Shown here: piece by piece, positions 18,154 through 27,807 of the stretch
Layout: each line of letters starts with the position of its first letter
How positions within the stretch are numbered: position 1 is the stretch's first letter
NCBI GenBank assembly: GCA_007125835.1
Contig: SLCJ01000140.1
Span: 1 to 29,374, forward strand
Origin: Verrucomicrobiales bacterium
GTDB taxonomy: Bacteria; Verrucomicrobiota; Verrucomicrobiia; Verrucomicrobiales; SLCJ01
Length of the DNA stretch: 29,374 bases
Direction of reading: 5' to 3'
Position numbers and translations under genes: made by a program
The notes under the pieces: generated by a model
Told to the model about the DNA's origin: nothing
Databases searched by the model: none
Seen by the model: the letters and a program-made list of their open reading frames with translations, nothing else

Positions 18154-19235
18154 TACGCGCCCGGCATGCGCTCGGCAAGCGCCGGCAGAATCTCATCGAG
18201 TTCGTTGACCACAGCGAAGTCCCCCTCCCTGCTCCATGGCCGCAGCAATTTGATCATCGGATCCCAGAATCGCAGGCCGGTTTTCTCATCGCGCCTGTTG
18301 TATATGACGATGGGTTTCTTCTCCATCCCCTCGATCCTCTGATGCTTGAAAATCAAAAGCGCCAGCATTTCCTGCACGGTGCCGGTGCCGCCAGGGAAAA
18401 TCACAAATGCATCCGAGCGCTCGATCATCACCTCCATGCGAGTGTAGATGTCGGGACGCAGCCAGAAGCTAGACAGCCCATCTGGCAGACCCTCCAATTT
18501 GATAATGTGGGGCACGTTTGACCCGCCAGCCCAGCCGCCATGCTCGACCGCGCCTTTCACCACCGCACCCATGATGCCGGAGCGCCCCGCACCCGACACG
18601 CAGCCATACTGATTCTCCGCGAGGATCCGCCCGAATTCGTAGCCATCCTTCTGGTAGGCGGGATCGGCGATGGTTGCCGAGCAGAACACGCACACGTTGC
18701 CCAGATTGCCTTCCGGCTCCGGCTTGTCGCGGGTTTGCAAGGGGACGTCCGTTTCGGCCCCGTCGTCCAAAGGCGGGTGCAAAGAACGCGACACGGGAAC
18801 CCCCCGCTCCTTCGCTTCAGCAAGCATCGGCGACACCGCACCCGGGTCATCGGTGCCGAACAGATACTCTTCGCGGTTCTGCATCACCGTGCCCAACTGG
18901 TGCAGGTGGTCGATCAAAGCCAGCAATCCCTGCCAGGAACGGTCCGAATCAAGGAGGATTGTCGGCTTGCCGTCGAGGTTGCGGTCCAGCGTCTGGTAGC
19001 CCACGAAAATCGAGACCGCCTTGAACAAATCCTCCAGCGTGGCACCGGGCATGAACACAAAAGCATCCGACTCGATAATCTTATGCTCAATGTTGCCTAG
19101 CGTGATGCGCTGGTCGCCGTTCGAGTTGTAAATGTCCCAGCCGTCCTTGAAGAGGAGGTAAAGCAGGCGGGCGCGGATTTCGCGGTTGGGATCGTCGGCA
19201 CCTTGAATGGTTCCTGCTAAACGGACAAAAGGCAT
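18153..19235 (-). CDS. LOG-family nucleotide phosphoribohydrolase, tandem architecture
   Basis: C-terminal LOG domain VCVFCS...GIMGAV...RMEVMIERSDAFVIFPGGTGTVQE...KPIVIYN; N-terminal degenerate copy SDAFVFMPG...KPTILLD. TAATG overlap with the desulfurase. Confidence 0.87.
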   Translation of the reverse strand: MPFVRLAGTIQGADDPNREIRARLLYLLFKDGWDIYNSNGDQRITLGNIEHKIIESDAFVFMPGATLEDLFKAVSIFVGYQTLDRNLDGKPTILLDSDRSWQGLLALIDHLHQLGTVMQNREEYLFGTDDPGAVSPMLAEAKERGVPVSRSLHPPLDDGAETDVPLQTRDKPEPEGNLGNVCVFCSATIADPAYQKDGYEFGRILAENQYGCVSGAGRSGIMGAVVKGAVEHGGWAGGSNVPHIIKLEGLPDGLSSFWLRPDIYTRMEVMIERSDAFVIFPGGTGTVQEMLALLIFKHQRIEGMEKKPIVIYNRRDEKTGLRFWDPMIKLLRPWSREGDFAVVNELDEILPALAERMPGA

Positions 19236-19379
19236 GGCGTGCAATAATGGTTTTCCCTCGTGCCATCGTAGGCGGCCAGCAGATGCGTCCGACCGGTGGG
19301 CACCATGCGGACAGCCTCCGGGAGCCGCTTCGGCGGGCGCGAATCCAATGAAGGGAAGGTGGCCTCGACGACCGCCGCC

Positions 19380-19643
19380 TCAGATCAGGCCCGCTTTTTT
19401 CAGCGTGGCGTAGGCGCCGTTTTTGCCAATCGTGCGCAGGGCCTTGGCGGAAAGCTTGACTTTGACCCAGCGGTTCAACTCGGGAACCCAGATGCGCTTG
19501 GTTTGGAGGTTGGGCGCGAATTCACGGCCAACGACTTTGGTTACGTGGCGGCCGACGCCCCCTTTCTTCTTGGCCAAACCGCTGCGATGGATACGATTGC
19601 CGCGATGCGGGCGGGCGCCTGTGATGGTGCAAACTCGGGACAT
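19380..19643 (-). CDS. rpmB: 50S ribosomal protein L28
   Basis: MSRVCTITG...F-x-PNLQTKRIW...LSAKALRTI; single Cys, so not a zinc-ribbon form. Confidence 0.97.
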   Translation of the reverse strand: MSRVCTITGARPHRGNRIHRSGLAKKKGGVGRHVTKVVGREFAPNLQTKRIWVPELNRWVKVKLSAKALRTIGKNGAYATLKKAGLI

Positions 19644-19693
19644 GGTTCTGATGGTTGCTGGGTGAAAAAATGAAATCCGATTGGCGGGCGGCT

Positions 19694-19722
19694 ACCATAC
19701 ACCCGCCGGGCACAGGAGTCAA
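19694..19722 (-). promoter_or_regulatory. Sigma-70 promoter of rpmB
   Basis: Minus strand TTGACT-N17-TATGGT about 50 nt upstream of ATG. Confidence 0.6.
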
Positions 19723-19820
19723 AAAATATTTAAGGATTCCTTCATTCCACTCCCGCAATCGTTTCCTCACTGGGCTCCCCTTGTTGACAAGACACCGTTT
19801 CCCGGCTCCCTTTGCGGGCA

Positions 19821-20423
19821 ATGTTTACCGGCATCATAGAGAACACAGGCGAAGTGACCGCTGTCGAATCCACCCCGGACGGAGGGCGAATCAGCCTGCG
19901 CCCGGCGGGTGGCGGTGTCGACACACTGGCAATCGGCGAGTCGGTCGCCGTCAACGGCTGCTGCCTCACCGTGACCCATGCGGCGGACGGGCTCCTAAAG
20001 TTCGACTTGCTGCGCGAGACACTCGATGTGACCAACCTCGGCAGCCTGCAGGCCGGCGGCATCGTCAACCTCGAACGCGCCCTCAAACTGGGCGACCGAC
20101 TCTCCGGTCACATGGTCCAGGGCCACGTCGATGCCTGCGGCACCATTTCTCGCATCGAGCCCTCCGGACAGGACCACATCCTTGAGATCGCGCTGCCCGC
20201 TGACCATGGCGGTTCCCTGATCCCAAGGGGCTCGATCACGGTGGATGGCATTTCGCTCACCGCCGCCCGCGTGGAGGAAAGAGCATTCACCTGTTATATC
20301 ATCCCGCACACCTGGCAGGTCACGCGCCTGCACACCCTGTCTCCGGGAGACAGGGTCAACCTGGAATTCGACATGATTGGCAAGTATGTGGCCGCGCTTC
20401 TCGACTACCGGAAACAAGGGTGA
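19821..20423 (+). CDS. ribE: Riboflavin synthase (alpha type)
   Basis: MFTGIIE, GESVAVNGCCLT, VNLERAL, SGHMVQGHVD, VNLEFDMIGKY. Confidence 0.97.
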   Translation: MFTGIIENTGEVTAVESTPDGGRISLRPAGGGVDTLAIGESVAVNGCCLTVTHAADGLLKFDLLRETLDVTNLGSLQAGGIVNLERALKLGDRLSGHMVQGHVDACGTISRIEPSGQDHILEIALPADHGGSLIPRGSITVDGISLTAARVEERAFTCYIIPHTWQVTRLHTLSPGDRVNLEFDMIGKYVAALLDYRKQG

Positions 20424-22227
20424 TGCCGGTGGCGGCACGCTGCGGCTGCTGGTCGCACCGGCATTGTCCGGCGCGATGATCGCCTCCGCCTTTCCCGGAA
20501 TTGGCACATTCCAAGCAGGTGTCTGGCTCGGGCTGCTGCCTCTGCTGGCCGCCTTGTGGTGGCCCGAATCACGCCCGCTTTCCGGACGCCGCGCATTCCT
20601 GGCCGGATGGGTGGCCGGTTTTGTTTTCTTCCTCATCACACTGCGCTGGCTGCGCGACATCTACAGCGCCGGGCCGTGGCTCAGCCCGCTGGCCTGGGGC
20701 GCTCTTTCTGCCTATTTGGGCTGCTATTTTGGCCTGTGGGCTGCGTTTGCCTCAGGCCCGGGACGCCCAAGGAAGCGCCACCTGCTGGCGGAAAAAGGAA
20801 TCTTTGCTTCGAGCGGGCACGGGCTCCGACTCGCCCTGCTCAATGCATCCGCCTGGGTAGCGCTCGAATGGGTGCGTGGCTGGATGCTCACCGGTTTTCC
20901 CTGGAACGGCCTGGGTACTGGATATCAAGAGGCACTGCCGATGGTCCAAATTGCCGAGATTGTCGGCACCCCGGGCCTGGCCTTCCTTCCCGTGTTCTGC
21001 TCGACCATTCTGCTTTTCTCCGGCTGGCGACTCACCCATCACCTTCGCCATGGCGGCCTGCGCCGCCCGCTCAATCTCGATGCCACCATTGCGCTGGCGC
21101 TGGTGGGCGGGGTGTTTCTCTTTGGCATGACAAGCATCGCCCGACACGCGCCCGACCCGGTCCGCGACACCCGGATCGAGGTCGCTATCATTCAGGGAAA
21201 TATCGCACAAGAGGACAAGTGGGATCCCCAACAGGCCGAGGCCCACGCCCGCAACATGGTCGACAACTTTCGGGAAGCCCTGGAGAAACGGGATGGTGAG
21301 ATTGCAGCCACCCTGCTGGGGCGCCTCACCGGAGATGACGAGGACTGCGGACTGATCGAACTGCGCCCCCCCGATCTGGTGGTCCTGCCGGAAAGCGCCC
21401 TGCCGTTTTTCCTGCACGACCCCACCACCCGGGAAACCATCGAGGCGCTGCACCTTCTCGCCGGACCGCGCTCCACCGTCGTCACTGGAATCAACGATCT
21501 CGAACCCGGAGACCCCCCCAACTATTTCAACACCATCGCCGCATTCGGTCCGCCACCGGCACCACCTCAGATCTACCGCAAGGTCACGCTGGTGCCTTTC
21601 GGTGAATACCTGCCACTCCGTTGGTTCCCCCCCATGCGGTGGATCGCCGGCTCGGCGGTGCCCAGTGATTTTACTCCCGGCACCAGCACCGATCCCCTTC
21701 CCATTTCACGCGGCGAAGAGGCCCCCATTTACATCATCCCCCTGATCTGTTTCGAGGACACCATCGCCCGTCTGGCCCGAAGATTTTCCCGCCCGGACCA
21801 GCCGCAGGTCATCGTCAACGCCACCAACGACGGCTGGTTCGCCGACCCGGCCGCCGCCTTGCAACACGCCGCAAATGCCCGCTTCCGCGCCATCGAACTG
21901 CGTCGCCCCATGGTGCGCGCCGCCAATACCGGACTGAGCGTCGCCTGCGATGCCGCCGGATCCTTTATCCATCCGGTCGACGGCACACCGCAACGCCTGG
22001 TCCACCCAGAAACGGGATCACATCAGGTCCGGGGAACGCTTTTCGCCACGGTTTTCGCCAATCCAGACTCCACACTCACCTTCTACGCCCGCTACGGCGA
22101 CATTTTCTCCGTGCTCTGCTTGGTGATCACCCTGATCGCAGTCTGGCTCTTCCAGAGCCATGCAGCACGCCATGAATCAGAGCGCCGATCCACCAAAACC
22201 CGGCGCCACCCGCCGGAGTCTCAATGA
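20386..22227 (+). CDS. lnt: Apolipoprotein N-acyltransferase
   Basis: TGFPWNGLG, QGNIAQ, catalytic triad in LPESA, YRKVTLVPFGEY and LICFED, TNDGWF, MVRAANTGLS. Start uncertain. Confidence 0.93.
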   Translation: MWPRFSTTGNKGDAGGGTLRLLVAPALSGAMIASAFPGIGTFQAGVWLGLLPLLAALWWPESRPLSGRRAFLAGWVAGFVFFLITLRWLRDIYSAGPWLSPLAWGALSAYLGCYFGLWAAFASGPGRPRKRHLLAEKGIFASSGHGLRLALLNASAWVALEWVRGWMLTGFPWNGLGTGYQEALPMVQIAEIVGTPGLAFLPVFCSTILLFSGWRLTHHLRHGGLRRPLNLDATIALALVGGVFLFGMTSIARHAPDPVRDTRIEVAIIQGNIAQEDKWDPQQAEAHARNMVDNFREALEKRDGEIAATLLGRLTGDDEDCGLIELRPPDLVVLPESALPFFLHDPTTRETIEALHLLAGPRSTVVTGINDLEPGDPPNYFNTIAAFGPPPAPPQIYRKVTLVPFGEYLPLRWFPPMRWIAGSAVPSDFTPGTSTDPLPISRGEEAPIYIIPLICFEDTIARLARRFSRPDQPQVIVNATNDGWFADPAAALQHAANARFRAIELRRPMVRAANTGLSVACDAAGSFIHPVDGTPQRLVHPETGSHQVRGTLFATVFANPDSTLTFYARYGDIFSVLCLVITLIAVWLFQSHAARHESERRSTKTRRHPPESQ

Positions 22228-23879
22228 TCATGGCGCAACGCCTGCAGGATGTTCACCGAATGCTTGCCAATGCGCTCCATCTGGCCAAGCATGTCAATCG
22301 CCAGCATTTCCGCCTTGATGGCATCCCCCTCCATCTGCATGCGCCGCATCGACTCCTTGCGCAGTCGCTTCCGAGACGACTCGATCAACGATTCCAACTG
22401 CAGGGCCGTCTCCATGTCGGCTGCCGTCACACGCCGCGGCAAGCAGCCCGACCAGAAGTCAATAAACTGAATCACCACTCCGGTAAACTCTTTCATCTTC
22501 TCCACCATGTCCGGTGGAAGTTCCCGGTTTTTCTTGCTCCGGCGGCCCGCCAGCTGGACCAGCCGGTTGCCGCAGTCACACATGTCCTCAAGCTCCGCGA
22601 TCACACGCAGCAACGCCGACACGCGAAGCATCGAACCCTCGCTCAACCGGCCTGCCGAGCATTCAATAAGGTAATTGGTCACTCGCAGCGCCAAGGCGTC
22701 GCTCTGCTTCTCGATCCTCCGCAGCTCGGCCACGCGCTTCTTCATCTCCGGCCCAGGATTCTCAAACACCTCGCCAAATCCAGCCACAAGCGCCCGCGCG
22801 TGTCCCGCCAGCACTCGAACGTCCCGCTCGGCCTCGGCCAAATTGATCTCCGAGGTTTGCGGCATGGTCGCCATCTGATAGCTGATCGGACCGCCATCCA
22901 CCGGCTGGCGACCCCGGATCACCCGCGTGGCCAAATCGGCGAGGCGCGGCACAAAGCCAATGACCAAAAGAATGTTGATCGTGTTAAACAACGTGTGGAA
23001 GGCCGCCATGTGAAAGGGCAGGCGCATCGGATCCGAGGAATCCCCGGGCACAATCGCATCCACCAGAGCAGTGAGCGGACCAAACAGCGCAATCGCCCAG
23101 ATCACGCCGAAAATGTTGAACACAAAGTGCGCGAACGCAGCACGCTTGGCATTCACGTTCCCAGCCAATGCCGCCAGATTGGCGGTGATCGTGGTGCCCA
23201 CGTTCTCCCCCAGAATGATCGCCGCCGCCGAGGGGTAGTCAATCCAACCCTTGAATGCCATCGTCAAGGTGATCGCCCCCGCCACCGAGGACGATTGGAC
23301 CGCAACCGTCAGCACCGCCCCGAAAGCGAAGAAAAACAACACCGACACAATGCCGCGGTCCGTGAAACCGGTCACAAACTCGAAAATCTCGGGATTCTCG
23401 TCGATCGAAGGCACCGAGTCCTTCAGCAGGAGCAAGCCGAGAAAAAGGATCCCGAAACCCACAAGGCACTCACCCGCGTCCCGCACCTTGGCATTTTTGA
23501 TGAACAACAAGGGAAAACCAATGCCGATGATCGGCAGCGCCACCGAGCTGACACTGAATTTGAACCCGAGGAATGAAATGATCCAGAAGGTCGTAGTGGT
23601 TCCCAGATTGGCCCCGAGAATCATCCCCACCGATTCAACCAAAGTCAGCAGCCCCGCATTGACAAAACCCACAATCATCACCGTACTGGCCGACGACGAC
23701 TGAACCAGGCAGGTGACCAAAAACCCACTGCCCATCGCCCGCACCCGGTCGCCCGTCATCACTTGGATCATCCCGCGCAGCTTCTCACCCGAGAGCTTCT
23801 GCAACGCCTCGCTCATCACCCTCATTCCAAAGAGGAACATTCCAAGGCTGCCTAAGATCGCGAGAAGTGTGCCGAACAT
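22221..23879 (-). CDS. Na+/Pi cotransporter family protein with C-terminal PhoU-like domain
   Basis: QSSSASTVM, GANLGTT, QSSSVAG, GENVGTT repeats; helical C-terminus LEDMCD...MERIGKH. Confidence 0.92.
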   Translation of the reverse strand: MFGTLLAILGSLGMFLFGMRVMSEALQKLSGEKLRGMIQVMTGDRVRAMGSGFLVTCLVQSSSASTVMIVGFVNAGLLTLVESVGMILGANLGTTTTFWIISFLGFKFSVSSVALPIIGIGFPLLFIKNAKVRDAGECLVGFGILFLGLLLLKDSVPSIDENPEIFEFVTGFTDRGIVSVLFFFAFGAVLTVAVQSSSVAGAITLTMAFKGWIDYPSAAAIILGENVGTTITANLAALAGNVNAKRAAFAHFVFNIFGVIWAIALFGPLTALVDAIVPGDSSDPMRLPFHMAAFHTLFNTINILLVIGFVPRLADLATRVIRGRQPVDGGPISYQMATMPQTSEINLAEAERDVRVLAGHARALVAGFGEVFENPGPEMKKRVAELRRIEKQSDALALRVTNYLIECSAGRLSEGSMLRVSALLRVIAELEDMCDCGNRLVQLAGRRSKKNRELPPDMVEKMKEFTGVVIQFIDFWSGCLPRRVTAADMETALQLESLIESSRKRLRKESMRRMQMEGDAIKAEMLAIDMLGQMERIGKHSVNILQALRHDH

Positions 23880-23999
23880 GGTGTCGAGTTGCAAGGATCA
23901 AAAATCCGCCCGCAACAATATCGCCACATGGCCACCGCGCCAGTATGGTTTCAGCCTGCGCCCGCAGCCTACATCGAACCCAATGGTACCGATCCGCCC

Positions 24000-24038
24000 A
24001 AAAAAAAGCGGCACCACCGGACAAAGCCGGGGTGCCGC
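24000..24038 (-). terminator. Intrinsic terminator of glnII
   Basis: Minus strand GCGGCACC-CCGG...CCGG-T-GGTGCCGC hairpin followed by T8, 60 nt after the stop codon. Confidence 0.8.
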
Positions 24039-24097
24039 TGGGGGTTTTTCCGCCGCCATCCCAAGCAAGGGAAGGCTGGCGGTATGGTCATGGTCTC

Positions 24098-25117
24098 TCA
24101 GGAGGTCGGCACTTCGCTGATCGTCTTCAGAATCCGGCTCGCAATCTGATACGGATCGCCCTGGGAATTGGGACGGCGGTCCTCCAGATACCCCTTGTAG
24201 CCGGCGTTCTTGAACGCATGCGGCACACGAATCGACGACCCGCGGTCAGCCAATCCGTAGGTGAACTTGTCAATCGACTGCGTCTCGTGAAGGCCGGTCA
24301 GGCGAAGGTGGTTCTCTGGACCATACACCGCAATGTGCTCGTCCATACGCTTCTGGAAAGCGGCCATCAGCGACTCGAAATACTCCTTGCCTCCGACCTC
24401 GCGCATATACTTGGTCGAGAAATTGCAGTGCATCCCGGAACCATTCCAGTCGCCGCGGATGGGCTTGCAGTGGAACTCGACATCCACGCCATACTTCTCA
24501 CACAAGCGCACAAGGATGTAGCGGGCCACCCAGATCTGGTCGGCCGCCGTGCGCGAGCCCTTGCCAAACACCTGGAATTCCCACTGCCCCTTGGCCACCT
24601 CAGCATTGATTCCCTCATGATTAATCCCTGCATCCAGGCAGATGTCGAGGTGCTCCTCGACAATCTCACGCGCCAGTTCCCCGATATTCTTGAAGCCAGC
24701 CCCACAGTAATATTCACCCTGCGGCCCGGGAAAGCCGTCAGACGGAAACCCAATCGGCTTGCCATGCTGGAACAGGAAATACTCCTGCTCAAAGCCAAAC
24801 CAGGCATCGGGATCATCAAGAATCGGCGCACGCGTATTCGAAGGATGCGGGGTCTCGCAGTCCGGAAGCATCACCTCACTCATCACGAGCAGACCATTGC
24901 GACGCGTCGGGTCCGGGAAAAAAGCCACCGGCTTGAGCATACAGTCCGAGTCGCCACCGTCAGCTTGCAGCGTCGAGCTGCCATCAAATCCCCAGATCGG
25001 AAGATCCTCAAGCTTGGGAAACTCCTCAAACTCAAGAATCTTCGTTTTGCTTCGCAGGTTCGGCACAGGGGTGTAGCCGTCCAGCCAGATGTATTCCGCT
25101 TTGTATTTGGTTGACAT
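24098..25117 (-). CDS. glnII: Glutamine synthetase type II (339 aa)
   Basis: AEYIWLDG, LRSKTK, WGFDGSST, WFGFEQEY, INAEVAKGQWEFQ, DWNGSGMH, RLTGLHET, GYLEDRRP; short length typical of GSII. Confidence 0.95.
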   Translation of the reverse strand: MSTKYKAEYIWLDGYTPVPNLRSKTKILEFEEFPKLEDLPIWGFDGSSTLQADGGDSDCMLKPVAFFPDPTRRNGLLVMSEVMLPDCETPHPSNTRAPILDDPDAWFGFEQEYFLFQHGKPIGFPSDGFPGPQGEYYCGAGFKNIGELAREIVEEHLDICLDAGINHEGINAEVAKGQWEFQVFGKGSRTAADQIWVARYILVRLCEKYGVDVEFHCKPIRGDWNGSGMHCNFSTKYMREVGGKEYFESLMAAFQKRMDEHIAVYGPENHLRLTGLHETQSIDKFTYGLADRGSSIRVPHAFKNAGYKGYLEDRRPNSQGDPYQIASRILKTISEVPTS

Positions 25118-25177
25118 GTTTTTTTCAGGATATGGTTTGGGTTCTCTACCGAAAATGGTCGGCAGACCCCCACACAA

Positions 25178-25194
25178 AGCAGGAAGCATGCCAA
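25178..25194 (-). promoter_or_regulatory. Putative sigma-54 (-24/-12) promoter of glnII
   Basis: TTGGCATGCTTCCTGCT with GG and GC exactly 12 nt apart, about 60 nt upstream of ATG. Confidence 0.6.
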
Positions 25195-25231
25195 CTTTCA
25201 ACCTGTTTTCCCTCTCTCTCTTTCTCCTTCT

Positions 25232-25283
25232 CCTTCTTTCTATGCCGCCTTCTTTCTATGCCCGCCTTCTTTCTATGCCTGCC
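25232..25283. repeat. Tandem 16-17-nt repeat, 3 copies
   Basis: CCTTCTTTCTATGCCG, CCTTCTTTCTATGCCCG, CCTTCTTTCTATGCCTG. Confidence 0.9.
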
Positions 25284-25301
25284 AAATTTTTGTTGCGGGG
25301 A

Positions 25302-25337
25302 AAATCGATGCCGAAATCGGGATCGGGATCGAAATCG
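25302..25337. repeat. Degenerate hexamer array
   Basis: AAATCG ATGCCG AAATCG GGATCG GGATCG AAATCG. Confidence 0.8.
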
Positions 25338-25352
25338 ATCTGTAGGAACGCC

Positions 25353-25385
25353 AACCAGTGGGGGCGGTTTGAAACCGCCCCCCAA
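25353..25385. repeat. Second copy of the REP-like palindrome
   Basis: AACCAGTGGGGGCGGTTTGAAACCGCCCCCCAA matches the reverse complement of 1649-1680 with one substitution and one inserted T; GTAG at 25342-25345. Confidence 0.75.
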
Positions 25386-25401
25386 CCATCTCACCCATGT
25401 T

Positions 25402-25450
25402 CTGATCTCACTGATCTCACTGATCTCACTGATCACCGATCACCGACCAC
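25402..25450. repeat. 9-mer/7-mer tandem array
   Basis: CTGATCTCA three times (25402-25428), then CTGATCAC, CGATCAC, CGACCAC. Confidence 0.85.
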
Positions 25451-25552
25451 TCCGCACTTGCCACTCGTGCCTGAACCCTGAATACTTCCCACTGAAAAAC
25501 TTCCTCCCCCCCTCCCCTTGACCACACTCCCCTCCTCCCCCATGTTCTGACC

Positions 25553-27256
25553 ATGTCCGACACATCCACGCGCCCCCATTCCTCCAAAGTCGTCGACGGC
25601 CCCGACCGCGCTCCCAGCCGCGCCATGCTGCACGCCGTCGGCTTCAAACGCGAGGATTTTTCCAAACCAAAGGTCGGGATCGCCTCCACATGGAGCATGG
25701 TCACCCCCTGCAACATGCACATAGACACCCTCGCCCGCGAATCATGCAAAGGCGTCGACGCCGCCGGCGGCAAGGGCGTGATCTTCGGCACCATCACCAT
25801 CTCCGATGGCATCTCCATGGGCACCGAAGGCATGAAATACTCCATGGTCTCCCGCGAAGTCATCGCCGACAGCATCGAAACTGTTGTCGGATGCGAGGGC
25901 ATGGACGGCTTCGTCGCCATCGGCGGATGCGATAAAAACATGCCCGGCTGCATGATGGCCATGGCTCGCCTCAACCGCCCCTCGGTTTTCGTCTACGGCG
26001 GCACCATCCTCCCAGGCTGCCATGACGACCAGGAACTCGACATCGTCTCCGTTTTCGAAGCCGTCGGCAAACACGCCAAGGGAGAACTCGACGACGAAGG
26101 CCTACGCACCATCGAGGAAAAAGCCATCCCCGGCGCAGGCTCCTGCGGTGGCCTCTACACTGCCAACACCATGGCCAGCGCCATCGAAGCCATGGGCATG
26201 AGCCTCCCAAACAGTTCCGCCCAGGCCGCCATCGGCAATGCCAAACGCATGGACAGCCACGACGCCGGCGCCGCCGTGGTCGAGATGATACGCAAAGGCA
26301 TCAAACCCTCCGACATCCTCTGCCGCGAGGCCATGGAAAACGCAATCACCCTCGTCATTGCCCTCGGTGGCTCCACCAATGCCGTGCTCCACCTCCTCGC
26401 CATCGCCCACACCGCCGGCATCCCCCTGGATCTCGACGACTTCACCCGCATCGGTGCCAAAGTCCCCGTGCTCGCCGACGTGAAACCCAGCGGCAAATAC
26501 TTCATGAACGATCTCGTTAAGATCGGCGGCACGCTCCCGCTGATCAAAATGCTCGAAGCCGAAGGCCTCTGGCACAGCGGCTGCCTCACCGTCACCGGAC
26601 GCACATGGGGCGAAAATCTCGCCAAGATCCAAGCCCAATACCCGGAAGGCCAAACCGTCATCCGCAGCTTCGACAACCCGGTCAAGCCCAACAGCCACCT
26701 CGTCATCCTCCGCGGCAACCTCGCCCCCGAAGGAGCCGTCGCCAAAATCAGCGGCAAGGAAGGCGAACGCTTCGAAGGCAAAGCCCGCGTCTTCGACTCC
26801 GAGGAAGAAGGCATGACCGCCATCCTCGGCGGACAGATCCAGAAAGGCGACGTCATCGTCATCCGCCGCGAAGGCCCCAAAGGCGGCCCCGGCATGAGGG
26901 AAATGCTCGGCCCCACCAGCGCCGTTATGGGACAAGGACTCGGCAAAGACGTCGCCCTCATCACCGACGGACGCTTCTCCGGCGGCAGCCACGGATTTGT
27001 CGTCGGCCACATCACACCAGAAGCACACGTCGGCGGACCCATCGCCCTCGTCCGCGATGGCGACCCCATCACCATCGACGCAGTATCCCGCGAAATCACA
27101 CTCGGCATCTCCGATCAAGAACTCGAAAACCGGCGAGCCCAATGGACACCAGCCGCCCCGCGCTACACCTACGGCGTGCTCGGCAAATTCGCCGCCCTCT
27201 GCACGTCGGCCAGCCAAGGTGCCGTCACCGACAAAGACCTCATCTCACGACTGTGA
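25553..27256 (+). CDS. ilvD: Dihydroxy-acid dehydratase
   Basis: [63 protein letters not shown]. Confidence 0.97.
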   Translation: MSDTSTRPHSSKVVDGPDRAPSRAMLHAVGFKREDFSKPKVGIASTWSMVTPCNMHIDTLARESCKGVDAAGGKGVIFGTITISDGISMGTEGMKYSMVSREVIADSIETVVGCEGMDGFVAIGGCDKNMPGCMMAMARLNRPSVFVYGGTILPGCHDDQELDIVSVFEAVGKHAKGELDDEGLRTIEEKAIPGAGSCGGLYTANTMASAIEAMGMSLPNSSAQAAIGNAKRMDSHDAGAAVVEMIRKGIKPSDILCREAMENAITLVIALGGSTNAVLHLLAIAHTAGIPLDLDDFTRIGAKVPVLADVKPSGKYFMNDLVKIGGTLPLIKMLEAEGLWHSGCLTVTGRTWGENLAKIQAQYPEGQTVIRSFDNPVKPNSHLVILRGNLAPEGAVAKISGKEGERFEGKARVFDSEEEGMTAILGGQIQKGDVIVIRREGPKGGPGMREMLGPTSAVMGQGLGKDVALITDGRFSGGSHGFVVGHITPEAHVGGPIALVRDGDPITIDAVSREITLGISDQELENRRAQWTPAAPRYTYGVLGKFAALCTSASQGAVTDKDLISRL

Positions 27257-27804
27257 TGGGTGGCCCCTCCCAACCCAACCCGCCCATCCCGCGCCTCTGC
27301 CGCGATATCAACTGGACCGCTTGGCAGCCGCGCATGCGCGCCACCCTGCTCTTCCTCCACTGCCCGAACCGTGGATTTCTCCTCATCGAGAAAAAACGCG
27401 GACTCGGCGCGGGTAAGGTCAACGCACCAGGCGGCAAAATCGACCCCGGCGAAACCCCGGCCCAATGCGCCATACGCGAAACCCAGGAGGAAGTCCGCCT
27501 CCACGCACGCAACCCGGTCGAAGTCGGCATACTCCACTTCCAGTTCACCGACGGTCTCTCCATCCGCTGCCATGTCTTCCGCAGCTCGGAATTCTCCGGC
27601 ACCCCAGAGGAAACCCCCGAAGCCAATCCCTTCTGGTGCCCCATCGATAAACTCCCCTACCACCGCATGTGGCAGGACGACACCATCTGGCTGCCCACCC
27701 TCATCCAAGGCACCTCCTTCAACGGCTTCTTCATCTTCGAACACGAAACCATGCTCGACCACACCCTCCAAACCACCCACCCCATCCTCCCACCCCTCCA
27801 CTAA
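27256..27804 (+). CDS. Nudix hydrolase (8-oxo-dGTPase, MTH1-like)
   Basis: KKRGLGAGKVNAPGGKIDPGETPAQCAIRETQEEV Nudix box, PYHRMWQDD; TGATG overlap with ilvD. Only the last 182 aa of ORF 26605..27804 are credible. Confidence 0.9.
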   Translation: MGGPSQPNPPIPRLCRDINWTAWQPRMRATLLFLHCPNRGFLLIEKKRGLGAGKVNAPGGKIDPGETPAQCAIRETQEEVRLHARNPVEVGILHFQFTDGLSIRCHVFRSSEFSGTPEETPEANPFWCPIDKLPYHRMWQDDTIWLPTLIQGTSFNGFFIFEHETMLDHTLQTTHPILPPLH

Positions 27805-27807
27805 AAA

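Noticed and set aside
19644-19820. FMN riboswitch upstream of ribE
   Set aside because: No RFN core motifs; the region is explained by divergent promoters.
25232-25450. CRISPR array or DGR template
   Set aside because: Repeats are contiguous with no unique spacers; no cas or reverse transcriptase gene in the window.
25454-25470. NtrC site GCAC-N9-GTGC upstream of glnII
   Set aside because: Spacing should be N7, and it lies about 260 bp from the promoter.
26102-27217. Long antisense/alternative ORFs (also 349..1197, 12756..13709, 14501..15511, 16846..18342 and the 5' part of 26605..27804)
   Set aside because: Shadows of real genes caused by strong GC3 bias; low-complexity translations without family motifs.
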